Source: a virus (lineage: Duplodnaviria; Caudoviricetes). From it: a stretch of 47,021 nt of DNA. Both the position numbers and the translations under genes were made by a program. Below, piece after piece: positions 10,069 through 18,788 of the stretch. The first letter of the stretch is position 1, and each line of letters begins with the position of its first letter. The stretch lies in the IMG/VR virus record IMGVR_UViG_3300011443_000008, positions 1 through 47,021 of that record. One strand, given 5' to 3'. Below the pieces are notes generated by a model. The model was not told where the DNA came from. It did not search any database and saw only the letters and a list, made by a program, of their open reading frames with translations.

Positions 10069-10077
10069 TTGCACATT
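10049..10077 (+). promoter_or_regulatory. Putative sigma70 promoter with overlapping palindrome GTGCAA-GTAG-TTGCAC
   Basis: TTGACA (10049-54), 17-nt spacer, CACATT (10072-77); palindrome at 10059-10074. Confidence 0.5.
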
Positions 10078-10186
10078 TCCGTGCAGTAGCGCACGGCATC
10101 GGGATCATTGAGGCGATAGCCCAAGGACCCGGATGACCTAGCGCAAGAAGTCAAAACCGATTTTTCGTCACTCGTCACGCGATAGC

Positions 10187-10241
10187 GGGCGAGGACATAG
10201 CGAACGGAGCATTGGCTTCGGCGCGGTCCTCGCCCCTTTTT
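10187..10241 (+). terminator. Intrinsic terminator in the capsid leader, conditional (overlaps an alternative hairpin)
   Basis: GGGCGAGGAC (10187-96) pairs with GTCCTCGCCC (10226-35), with inner stems, followed by CTTTTT. Confidence 0.7.
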
Positions 10242-10314
10242 CACGGCTAAGTCCCGCCCCTCCTTCCCTTCCTCCTTCGCAGTGTCCTCACCCGCTCCCG
10301 CATGGGGGCGTTCA

Positions 10315-11724
10315 ATGAAGCGATCCGAGAAACTGGTTGCCCAGCGCGCCGATCACCGCAAGAAGATCGACGCCTATCTCGCCCAGAAGTCCGAGGTCGA
10401 TGGCTGGGACCCCAAGGCCGACGCCGACTACCAGGCGCTGCTGACCGCCGACGCCACCCTGAAGAACAAGGTGGACGCGATGGCCGAACAGGAAGCCTAC
10501 GAGGCGTCCGTGCCGGCCGTGGCCTCCACCCCGGCCAACGGCGAGGCCAAGCTGGCCGTCATCCGCGGCGGGAAGAACCGCGCCGAGGACGACAAGGCCC
10601 GCGGCTTCAATCACACGCGCGAGTTCTTCACGTCCGTCATGGGCAATCGCTTCGCCCGGTCCCGCGACGATGTGACCGACGAGCGGCTGCGTCCGCTGGC
10701 TGTGTTCGACAAGGACGACAAGGCCGCCGGCGGCGAGATGGCGTTCCTGATGCCCGAGGCGTACACCCCTCGCTCGCTGCGCGCGACCGTGGGCTCCGAC
10801 GAGCAGGGCGAGTACGATGACCGCTACGGCGGCTTCGGCATCACCACCTCGCGCATCCCCGGGATGCTGCAGATCGGTTTCGAGGGAGACCCCACGGCCG
10901 GCCTGACGCAGTCGATCCCGATGCAGACCACCGCGGTGGAGATCGAGGCCCGCACCGACAAGAACCACACCTCCAGCGTTTCCGGCGGGTTCACCGTCGC
11001 CCGGCGCGCCGAAGCCGCCGCCGCCGCCGCGAGCCGCGGCCAGATGGAACTCATCACCCTCAAGGCCGCCAGCCTGTTCGGCTTCAACTACACCACCGAG
11101 GAGCTGCTGGCCGACTCGCCGCAGACCGTGGTGGCGCTCGTGCAGCGTGGCTTCGAGACCCAGTTCCCGGCCCACATGCTGAACGAGAAGATCCGGGGCG
11201 CGGGTGGCGACCAGTACCAGGGCGTCATCGGCGCAGCCTGCACGGTGTCGATCAGCAAGGAAAACGGCCAGGCTGCCGCGACGATCAACTACAACAACGT
11301 CATCAAGATGGCCGCGCGTTGCTGGGGTTTCGGCAGCGCGATCTGGCTCGCCAACCACGACTGCCGCCCGCAGCTGTCGGTGCTCGCGGTCCCGGTGGGC
11401 ACGGGCGGGACGCTGGTCTACCAGCCCTCGGCGCAGATCGGGTTCCCCGACATGCTGCTCGGGCGGCCGGTCTACTACACCGAGTTCGCCGCGACCCTGG
11501 GCACGGTGGGCGATCTCATCCTCGCCAACTTCTCGCAGTACCTCGACGGGCTCTACCAGCCGCTGCAGTCGGCCGAGTCCATGCACGTCCGGTTCGTCAA
11601 CCACGAGCGCGCGTTCAAGTTCTGGCTGCGCAACGCCGGCGCCCCGTGGTGGAGGACCGCCCTGACCCCGAACCAGTCCAGCTCCACCCTGTCGCCGTTC
11701 GTCACGCTCGCGACTCGGGCGTAA
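10315..11724 (+). CDS. Major capsid protein (HK97 fold)
   Basis: Coiled N-terminal delta-domain, YGGF, TEELLADS, AIWLAN, LLGRPV, GDLILANFSQY and SPFVTLATR. ATG 10315 preferred as start. Confidence 0.95.
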   Translation: MKRSEKLVAQRADHRKKIDAYLAQKSEVDGWDPKADADYQALLTADATLKNKVDAMAEQEAYEASVPAVASTPANGEAKLAVIRGGKNRAEDDKARGFNHTREFFTSVMGNRFARSRDDVTDERLRPLAVFDKDDKAAGGEMAFLMPEAYTPRSLRATVGSDEQGEYDDRYGGFGITTSRIPGMLQIGFEGDPTAGLTQSIPMQTTAVEIEARTDKNHTSSVSGGFTVARRAEAAAAAASRGQMELITLKAASLFGFNYTTEELLADSPQTVVALVQRGFETQFPAHMLNEKIRGAGGDQYQGVIGAACTVSISKENGQAAATINYNNVIKMAARCWGFGSAIWLANHDCRPQLSVLAVPVGTGGTLVYQPSAQIGFPDMLLGRPVYYTEFAATLGTVGDLILANFSQYLDGLYQPLQSAESMHVRFVNHERAFKFWLRNAGAPWWRTALTPNQSSSTLSPFVTLATRA

Positions 11725-11736
11725 GGAGACCTGACC

Positions 11737-12216
11737 ATGGCTTCGACCACAAGCGCAATGCATCTGTTCGCCAACGCGCGGATTCGGATGCGAGAGAACG
11801 ACCCCGATACGGGCAACGACGCCTACGTGGACCTGGCCGAGCCCGCTGCGGGCTCCCCCGGCTCACCCACGGCGCCGTTCCTGCCGATCTCGGGATTCCG
11901 CCGCTGGGCCGCGATCTACATGACCACGGTCGGCACCGGGGGCGCCACGGCGTTCAAGATCATGGCCGCGACCTCGGCGGCCGGCGCGGGCGCCACGGAA
12001 GTGGCGGCGCACGCCATCGGCAGCAACCCCAACGCCGTGGGCGACTTCCTCGTGCTCGAGTGCAACGTCGAACAGGTCCGCGAGGTGCTGGCCACGGCCA
12101 CGCACATCGGCGTGTTGGTGAACCTCGTGACCTCGACGGATGAGGGCGCGCTGACGTTCATCGAAGCCGAGCCGGTCCACGAGTACGCCGGCCTCACCGC
12201 CGACTACGTCAGCTAA
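11737..12216 (+). CDS. Putative capsid-associated (decoration) protein
   Basis: Strong RBS (AAGGAG) directly after the capsid gene; function inferred from position. Confidence 0.55.
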   Translation: MASTTSAMHLFANARIRMRENDPDTGNDAYVDLAEPAAGSPGSPTAPFLPISGFRRWAAIYMTTVGTGGATAFKIMAATSAAGAGATEVAAHAIGSNPNAVGDFLVLECNVEQVREVLATATHIGVLVNLVTSTDEGALTFIEAEPVHEYAGLTADYVS

Positions 12217-12227
12217 GGGGAATCGCC

Positions 12228-12704
12228 ATGGGCATGGTCAATCCCACGACAGTTGAGCCCCAGGCGTATTCCGCCATCAACCTGGGGTTCCGGGTGGACA
12301 AGGCATCGGCAACCCTGCCGGCCTCGACCACCCAGGACCTGTTCACCATCGCCGGCGGCCGGGTGCTGGTGACGCTGCTGTTCGGTGAAGTCACCACGAT
12401 CATCGAGACGCAGGCGTGCAACACCAAGGTCACCGCGGCCCCGACGGTGGGCACCGCGGTGGATCTCGCCTCGAACCTCGACATCACCGCCGACGAGGCC
12501 GGGTGTCTGTATCTGGTCGAAGGTGACGGCACCGCCTTGGTGGGCGCGAATGCCGGGGCCGCCATGAGCGGCATCGGGCGCGCGGGTTTCATCGTCAACA
12601 CGGGCGTCATTCGCATGGAAACCGCCGCGACCAATACGGGCGCGACGAAGTGGACGCTGTACTACGTGCCGCTGGACGAGGGCGCGACGGTCGTGTCCGC
12701 GTGA
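12228..12704 (+). CDS. Putative virion structural protein
   Basis: 158 aa beta-rich ORF (DLFTIAGGRV..WTLYYVPL) with an RBS. Confidence 0.55.
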   Translation: MGMVNPTTVEPQAYSAINLGFRVDKASATLPASTTQDLFTIAGGRVLVTLLFGEVTTIIETQACNTKVTAAPTVGTAVDLASNLDITADEAGCLYLVEGDGTALVGANAGAAMSGIGRAGFIVNTGVIRMETAATNTGATKWTLYYVPLDEGATVVSA

Positions 12705-12734
12705 TCGCATCTCTGAACGACAGGAGCCACGACC

Positions 12735-13355
12735 ATGGCTGAGACCATCCAGGGCGCTATCCGCAACGGGGCCATCGTGGCCCAGGGGAGCATCGCCCTC
12801 AACCAGCTCGCGGAGCAACTCGTTGCCGGCGGGCTCCCGCCCTACACCGAAAGCACGCGGCGCGGCGGCGGGTTCCAGGTCATCGCCACCTCGGCCGTCG
12901 CGGGCCTTGTGGTGCGGCCCTCGACCACCGCGGCGCTGGAACTCTGGAACGGCTACAGCGCCAAGTCGCTCATCATCGACCGGGTGTTCTCGCACAACCT
13001 CGTCTCGACCAACGTGATCGAGTCGTTCACGCTGTGGGCCCAGGTGACGGCCGCCAAGGCGGCACCGTCCACAGCCTCGCTCGTGGTGCGCGGGAACTCG
13101 GGCAAGGCGTACAGCGGAGCCGTCATCAACGCCGTGGGCACCACGGTCGTGGACTCCGGCTGGTTCCCCTGGGGCAACGGCTTCACCAAGGGCGCCGGCG
13201 GCGTCGTGCCGCATGGCGTCATCTGCGCGGAGGTCGAGGGCCGGCTGATCGTGCCGCCCAGCTCCTCGCTCTGTCTGCACGTCGTCAGCTCGCTCACCGG
13301 CCAGACGTTCTGCAGCGGTGCGGGCTGGTACGAAGAGCAGATCACAATCGAGTAA
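12735..13355 (+). CDS. Putative virion structural protein
   Basis: 206 aa ORF, AGGAG RBS, beta-rich, ends in WYEE. Confidence 0.55.
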   Translation: MAETIQGAIRNGAIVAQGSIALNQLAEQLVAGGLPPYTESTRRGGGFQVIATSAVAGLVVRPSTTAALELWNGYSAKSLIIDRVFSHNLVSTNVIESFTLWAQVTAAKAAPSTASLVVRGNSGKAYSGAVINAVGTTVVDSGWFPWGNGFTKGAGGVVPHGVICAEVEGRLIVPPSSSLCLHVVSSLTGQTFCSGAGWYEEQITIE

Positions 13356-13534
13356 TGACCATCCAGGAGCAGCTTCTCGCCCGCCGCGGCGATCTCATCA
13401 CCGAGATCGCCAAGGTGGATGCCGCCCTGGCCGAGTTCGCCGCGCCTGCCGGCGCGCCTGCTGTCGCGCCGCCCGGCACCGTCGAGGAAGCACCACCCAC
13501 CGAAGAACTGAAGCCCCGCCGCCGGGCCAAGTAG
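13355..13534 (+). CDS. Small hypothetical protein (59 aa)
   Basis: TAATG overlap; short helix, P/A-rich linker and basic tail. Confidence 0.5.
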   Translation: MTIQEQLLARRGDLITEIAKVDAALAEFAAPAGAPAVAPPGTVEEAPPTEELKPRRRAK

Positions 13535-13540
13535 GACGCG

Positions 13541-13894
13541 ATGCAGCCGCGCTCCCAGCGGTTCCGGTTCTACGAAGATGCCGGCACCACCGACACCACC
13601 ACCGGCGTGCATACCGAGGACTGGTCCAGCGAAGTCTGCACGCGCTGGGCCGCAGCACTTCCGGAATCCGATAACGCCTTCGCCGCCCTGCGCGCGCGGC
13701 ACGGTTTTTTCCATCTCGGCCTGGTGCTCGCCTACGACGCCACGGCGCTGACCCTCTCGCCGGCGCATCGCGCCGTGTGGGTCCAGACGGGCCGCGAGTT
13801 CGAGATCGTGGGCGTCATCGACCCCGATGGGATGCACCGGGAAATCCATATCGCGCTGGCCGAGCGGTTTATCACCAGGAATGTGACCTCGTGA
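13541..13894 (+). CDS. Head closure / head-tail adaptor (SPP1 gp16-like)
   Basis: EDW..V..RWAA and HRAVW..GREFEIVGVIDPD..REI patterns. Confidence 0.75.
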   Translation: MQPRSQRFRFYEDAGTTDTTTGVHTEDWSSEVCTRWAAALPESDNAFAALRARHGFFHLGLVLAYDATALTLSPAHRAVWVQTGREFEIVGVIDPDGMHREIHIALAERFITRNVTS

Positions 13895-14253
13895 GCGACT
13901 TCGAGACCAAGGTCAACATCTTCGCCCGCAAGGTGGACGACGAGGCCCGAAAGGTGCTCGCCGGCACCGTGGACAAAATCCTCGTGTCCGTGCGCGACGG
14001 CGACCCCGTCACGGGCTCGCCGGGCCAACCCGTAGACCTCGGTGACCTCAAGAGGTCGTGGCAATCCACCGTCGAAGGCAACGAGGGTCATGTGTTCTCG
14101 GACGATCCGGCTGCCCGTGTGATCGAAGCCGGTGTCCGCGCGGGAACGCCGCTGCAATTCCGCTCGGGCGGCGGGGCGCACTCCGTGAAGCTCACCGTGA
14201 ACGCGGCCGACAAGCTGGTTGAGGCGACAGTGCGAGAGGTGAGGAGTGCGTGA
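13891..14253 (+). CDS. HK97 gp10-like neck protein
   Basis: QPVDLGDLKRSW and ARVIEAG motifs; GTGA overlap. Confidence 0.75.
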   Translation: MSDFETKVNIFARKVDDEARKVLAGTVDKILVSVRDGDPVTGSPGQPVDLGDLKRSWQSTVEGNEGHVFSDDPAARVIEAGVRAGTPLQFRSGGGAHSVKLTVNAADKLVEATVREVRSA

Positions 14254-14903
14254 ACCTGACCGACCTGCAGATCGCTCTGCGGGCCCGCGCCCTGACGTTG
14301 TCGGTGGCGACCACCGGCTCGGCTACGCTCGTCGCCACGGCGACGGGCTACACGCGCGCGTCGGGCTCATTCGTGACGGACGGCTTCGTGGCCGGCATGG
14401 AGATCCTGCCGGCGGGCTTCACGACCAACACGCCCCGCGTGATCCAGTCGGTGGCGGCCGGGACGCTGGTGGTGCGTGGCAGCGTGACCCCGGAATCCTC
14501 TGGTGCCTCCCGCTCGCTGACCTGCGGCCTGCCCTCGCTGCGCGGCTGGGACAATCAGCGCGTGACGCTGATAGCCGACCGCTGGGCCGTCGAGGAGGAG
14601 TTCATCCAGCAGCCGGGACGACTGCGGACGTTTCCCGCCGCGTCGGGCCAGATGGAACTGCGCGGACTCTACATCCTGCGGGTCTACGTGGTGCAGGGCC
14701 CGGGTCTGGCAGCCGGACGTCGCTGGGCCGACGCGCTGCTCGAGCTGTTTCTCCCCGAGTCCACGCTCGCGGTGACGGGCGGGGACACGGTACGCATCCG
14801 CGGCGAGTTGACGCCCTCGGTCTCCGGCTACGTGCCGGCACAAGCCGGCTGGTCGGCTTTCACGGTCAGTGTCCCCTGGTGGGCGCTGGTCACGAACGCA
14901 TGA
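14250..14903 (+). CDS. Tail terminator with inserted beta domain
   Basis: Lies before the tail tube; G.Y.LRVYV..G.G..ADAL..LF and VSVPW motifs, plus an insertion SGSFVTDGFVAGMEI. Confidence 0.65.
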   Translation: MNLTDLQIALRARALTLSVATTGSATLVATATGYTRASGSFVTDGFVAGMEILPAGFTTNTPRVIQSVAAGTLVVRGSVTPESSGASRSLTCGLPSLRGWDNQRVTLIADRWAVEEEFIQQPGRLRTFPAASGQMELRGLYILRVYVVQGPGLAAGRRWADALLELFLPESTLAVTGGDTVRIRGELTPSVSGYVPAQAGWSAFTVSVPWWALVTNA

Positions 14904-14912
14904 GGTAATCCC

Positions 14913-16121
14913 ATGGCCTATCAAACGCTGCAGAACATGGTGCTCGCCTACGAGGTGCAGTCGGCCCTGGGCACCCCGTCATCGGGCGCCGGCGCGAAGG
15001 CGCTGCGCCACGTCACGGTGAGCTTCAACGTCGAACGCGCACTGATCGTGTCCAACGTCAGCCGCAGCGACGGCCAGTCCAACCGGCCCCGGCTGGGCTC
15101 GCGCAAGGTCGTCGGCACCATCGAGTGCGAACTGAGCGTCGGGGAGCTGGACGAACTGTTCCGGGCCCTGTTCCGGGCCAGCGCCGAGACTGCGGAGGCG
15201 ACCCGCACCTACAACAACGGCGCCGGCCTGACCAGCCTGACGGTGGACAGCACCAGCCAGATCACCCAGGTCGGGACCACGACACTGCTCGGCGTCCTGG
15301 ACCGGGGCGACCTGTTCCAGCTGGACAACATGAGCACGGCCGCGAACAACGACACCTGGTTCGTGGCCAAGACGGTGACCGCGACCATCATCACCGTCTA
15401 CGGCACGCCGCTCACGGCCCAGGGCGCGGACAACGCCTGCGACATGACCATCGCCAAGAAGCTCACGCAGGGCGACCCGCCCACCGAGCGGTACTTCACG
15501 TTCGAGATCTACAACCAGGACATCGACCTCTCGGAGCGGTTCACGGACGTGAAGGTGTGCAGCGTGAACATCCGCAAGTCGCCCAACGCCCCGGTGTCGG
15601 TGGTGTTCGGCTTCATGGGCCTGGACGGCGACCCGCAGGCGGTCGGCGCCTCGCCGGTGTTCACCACGCCCACCGAGTACACCGGCAAGTCGCTGGTGCC
15701 CTCGGACGGCATGATCGCCGTGGGCGGCACGGTCTACACGGACCTCACCGCCTTCGAAATCTCGCTCGATCTGTTGGGCCAGGTGCCTGATGTGCTGGCG
15801 CCGAACAGCCCGGACGTGTTCCTCGCCAATGCGGTGGGCCGCGGGTCGTTCAGCACGCTCATCACCGACCTGGACCACCTCACGGCGTTCGACGCCGAGA
15901 CAGCCCAGGAAATCGTGTTCCACATGGTCGAGCCGGAAAGCAACCCGAAGGACGGCATGGCCTTCTACATCGGGGACGCCATCCTGACCAGCCACCCCTC
16001 GCCGGGCGGCGGCGTCGGCCCCAAGGTCGTGCCGGTGAGCTTCGCGTTCGGCAAGGACGAGGGCGGCTCGGATCGCGCCGCCACCATGATGAAGATCGCC
16101 AGCACGGCAGCGGCCCTCTAA
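14913..16121 (+). CDS. Major tail (tube) protein
   Basis: R.G.RKV.G.IE.EL, RYFTFE, RFTDVKV and FGFMG motifs; position before the chaperones. Confidence 0.85.
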   Translation: MAYQTLQNMVLAYEVQSALGTPSSGAGAKALRHVTVSFNVERALIVSNVSRSDGQSNRPRLGSRKVVGTIECELSVGELDELFRALFRASAETAEATRTYNNGAGLTSLTVDSTSQITQVGTTTLLGVLDRGDLFQLDNMSTAANNDTWFVAKTVTATIITVYGTPLTAQGADNACDMTIAKKLTQGDPPTERYFTFEIYNQDIDLSERFTDVKVCSVNIRKSPNAPVSVVFGFMGLDGDPQAVGASPVFTTPTEYTGKSLVPSDGMIAVGGTVYTDLTAFEISLDLLGQVPDVLAPNSPDVFLANAVGRGSFSTLITDLDHLTAFDAETAQEIVFHMVEPESNPKDGMAFYIGDAILTSHPSPGGGVGPKVVPVSFAFGKDEGGSDRAATMMKIASTAAAL

Positions 16122-16137
16122 CCCCAAGGAGTACGGT

Positions 16138-16569
16138 ATGGGCTTCGACATCGAAGCGGCGGCGGAAATCACGAAGGCCGAGGACGAGGGCGTGGTCGTG
16201 GCGATCATCGACCCGCGTTCCGGCGAGGAAGCAGCCAAGGTCACAATCGTGGGCACCTACTCGGCAACCTATCGCCGGGAATGGGACGCCCTGACCAATC
16301 GGCTGATCCGCCAGCGCAAGATCGGGAAAGCCTCTACCGAGGAAAAGGAACGCGAAGAAATCCAGTTGGTGGCCGCCTGCATCCTGGACTGGGAAGGCAT
16401 CCGGCTGGGCGGCCGGGACCTCGCGTTCTCCAAGCCCAACGCCATCACACTGCTGACGAAGGCGCCGTTCATCCTCGAGCAGTTGTCGGCCGCGATGCGG
16501 GATCACGAACGTTTTTTCTCGAACGGCTCGGGGACCTCATCGCCTACGCCCGCCACGTCGGGCGACTAA
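16138..16569 (+). CDS. Tail assembly chaperone (gpG-like)
   Basis: VGTYS..YR, VAACILDWEGI, FSKPNAI and RFF at the slippery site. Confidence 0.85.
   Translation: MGFDIEAAAEITKAEDEGVVVAIIDPRSGEEAAKVTIVGTYSATYRREWDALTNRLIRQRKIGKASTEEKEREEIQLVAACILDWEGIRLGGRDLAFSKPNAITLLTKAPFILEQLSAAMRDHERFFSNGSGTSSPTPATSGD
16512..16518 (+). other. Programmed -1 frameshift heptamer T TTT TTC
   Basis: Correctly phased X XXY YYZ near the end of the chaperone; the -1 frame is open to 16877. Confidence 0.85.
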
Positions 16570-16877
16570 GGAAACCGGCCGAAGAAAAGGGCGGCACGTC
16601 ACTCCGGGCCCACCTGGAGGAGGCGGCGAACAACGGCAGCGAGAAGGCCAGGGCGGCGCTGGAAGGCCCGCCGTTTCCCGAGGTGCTGACGCAGTTGTGG
16701 GCACGGTTCCAGGCGCTGGATGGGGCGCGCGAGGCGGGCCAGTACGGGCTGGCGGCGATCACCCATGTGCAGATCGACGCGGCCAACCGGCTGCACGACT
16801 GGCGGCTCCAGCCCCACGAGGTGCAGGCGCTCCTGATGCTGGACGTGGCGATCCGGTTTCCCGAGGAGAAAGCGTAA
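16512..16877 (+). CDS. Tail assembly chaperone, frameshift extension (gpT-like)
   Basis: The -1 frame reads ..LEGPPFPEVLTQLWARFQAL..R..AIT..I..L.P.EV..L..LD and has no start of its own. Confidence 0.8.
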   Translation, partial: FFLERLGDLIAYARHVGRLRKPAEEKGGTSLRAHLEEAANNGSEKARAALEGPPFPEVLTQLWARFQALDGAREAGQYGLAAITHVQIDAANRLHDWRLQPHEVQALLMLDVAIRFPEEKA

Positions 16878-16880
16878 GCC

Positions 16881-18788
16881 GTGGCCATCGACATCGCGGA
16901 ACTGGACATCCCCGTCCGGCTGAAACTGCTGGAGCAGGCCAAGCGCGACCTCGCCGGGCTGGGCCAGCAGGGCGCCACGGTCGCCCGCGACATCGAGCGG
17001 TCGTTCTCGACCGCGAACACCGCCACCGCCACGCTCAACACCAACACGGCGATGACCACGCGGCAATTTACGCGACTGGCCTCGGGCGCCAGCGCCGCCG
17101 CGGTGGCGTTGAACGCAGGCCGTGTCTCCGTGCAGGGGCTTTCTGGTGCGCTGGTGGCGCTGGGTCCGGCGACCGGGGGCGTTGGCGCGGCGCTCGCAGG
17201 CATCGGACTACTGACGACCCTCATCCTGACACTGGGGAACGAGGCGGAAGAAACCGAGAATAAAGTCCGGTCCCTGGCGGATTACTCAGAAGGGCGGCTG
17301 CGCGGGATTGTATCAGGGCTGGAAATCAAAGGACGACAGGAAGTCGAGATCGCCCCTCGCACCCCATTGAATCCATGGGGGCGCATGGGGGCGCAGGGCC
17401 TGTCTGCTGATGAGGCCACACTGCTCAACCAGTCCCGAAGGCAGTTGGAGGCGCTCGGGCGCGCGGAACGCGAAGCCGCGGCGAGGATAGCAGAGCGGGT
17501 CGCCCGTCTGCGCGAGGAATCCCGCGAGCAGTTGACGGTCATCCCGACCATCGAAAGCGCCACCAGTGTGCTGGACCGGACCATCGCGGCACAGACCGCC
17601 CATGCCGAGGCGTTGCGGCGCACCTCGGCGGCCACCGCGGCGGCCGAACTCGCCCAGAAACGCTACAACGCCGCCCTGAACGAGGCGGACCTCACCAAGG
17701 AAGCCATCGGGCCCCAGACGGCGAGTGGCGGGGGCGGGCTCTCCGGGCAGGCGGTCGCCGGGTTCATCAGCGGCGGCGGGTCACTGGGCGGCATGATTGG
17801 CCTGATCTCTGCCATCGGCGGACTCAGCGCGGCGGCGCAGTTCGCCCTGCCCGTCATCGGCTCGCTGACCGAGGCCCTTTTCGGTTCCAGCGAGGCCGAG
17901 CGCCGGCGGACTGAAGCCATCCGGCAATTCAACGATGCACTGGAGGACATGCGGTTCGCGCTGTCCGGGCCCTCGGCGCTCCAGCAGGAACTGCGCCGCA
18001 TCACGGACGAGTTCGACCGTCTGCGTGAGCAGGCGCGGGCAGTCCGTGACGCGACGTGGGGCACCGAGCCCTTCGGTAACACACAGCAGGCGTTCCAGGA
18101 CCGGCTGCGGGAAATCGAAGCACTGGAAGCGCAAGCCATGCAGCAGGCGCGCGCCGCGGCCGCCGCGCGCGAGATGGCCGACGCCATCGAGAAGGCCGTC
18201 AGTCGCATCGAGGGGCTGTCGCGCACCATCGAGAATCTTCAAGCCTTCCGGGGCGGGCTCTCCCTCAATCCCCAGCTCACGATCCTCTCGCCCATGCAGC
18301 AACTGGCCGAGGCACGCCGGCAGTACGAGTCCACTGTCGCCGCGGCGATGGGTGGCGACCAGAACGCGGCAGGCCGGTTGCCCGGGGCGGCACAGGCATT
18401 CCTGACGGCCTCCCGCTCAGTCAATGCTTCGGGTCGTGGCTACGTGCAGGACTTCCTGCGCGTGCAGAACGAGACCGAGGCGGTGACCAAGCTGTTCCAG
18501 GATCAGAAGTCGATCCAGGAACAGATGCTCGAGGAACTCAAGAAAATCGCCTACGAGACCAGCCGGTGGGCCACAGGCGGGGGACCGGGCTCGCCGGGCG
18601 GGCACCCGGTCGATCCGGGCAACCCGAACGCCGGCAACCCCGGGCCCATCATCATCAAGAAGCCCGGGCAGTCCAGCGCCGAGGTTGAAGTGCTCCAGGC
18701 GGGCTTCAACGCGCTGATCGCCAAGAGTGACGAGCAGCAGGCCGAACTGCGTCGGCTGCATACCGCCATCATCGCCATGACGAACTGA
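16881..18788 (+). CDS. Tape measure protein
   Basis: 635 aa, helical and A-rich with hydrophobic G-rich segments; starts MAIDIAEL; follows the chaperones. Confidence 0.85.
   Translation: MAIDIAELDIPVRLKLLEQAKRDLAGLGQQGATVARDIERSFSTANTATATLNTNTAMTTRQFTRLASGASAAAVALNAGRVSVQGLSGALVALGPATGGVGAALAGIGLLTTLILTLGNEAEETENKVRSLADYSEGRLRGIVSGLEIKGRQEVEIAPRTPLNPWGRMGAQGLSADEATLLNQSRRQLEALGRAEREAAARIAERVARLREESREQLTVIPTIESATSVLDRTIAAQTAHAEALRRTSAATAAAELAQKRYNAALNEADLTKEAIGPQTASGGGGLSGQAVAGFISGGGSLGGMIGLISAIGGLSAAAQFALPVIGSLTEALFGSSEAERRRTEAIRQFNDALEDMRFALSGPSALQQELRRITDEFDRLREQARAVRDATWGTEPFGNTQQAFQDRLREIEALEAQAMQQARAAAAAREMADAIEKAVSRIEGLSRTIENLQAFRGGLSLNPQLTILSPMQQLAEARRQYESTVAAAMGGDQNAAGRLPGAAQAFLTASRSVNASGRGYVQDFLRVQNETEAVTKLFQDQKSIQEQMLEELKKIAYETSRWATGGGPGSPGGHPVDPGNPNAGNPGPIIIKKPGQSSAEVEVLQAGFNALIAKSDEQQAELRRLHTAIIAMTN

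Noticed and set aside
10295-10306. CTCCCGCATGGG repeated at 32761-72
   Set aside because: A single 12-mer repeat is unremarkable in 47 kb of GC-rich DNA, and the contexts are unrelated.
5580-16256. Long minus-strand ORFs (5580-7193, 7694-8950, 10312-11763, 14979-16256) and the + strand ORF 42893-43894
   Set aside because: These are antisense shadows of well-supported genes, expected with high GC3, and carry no motifs.
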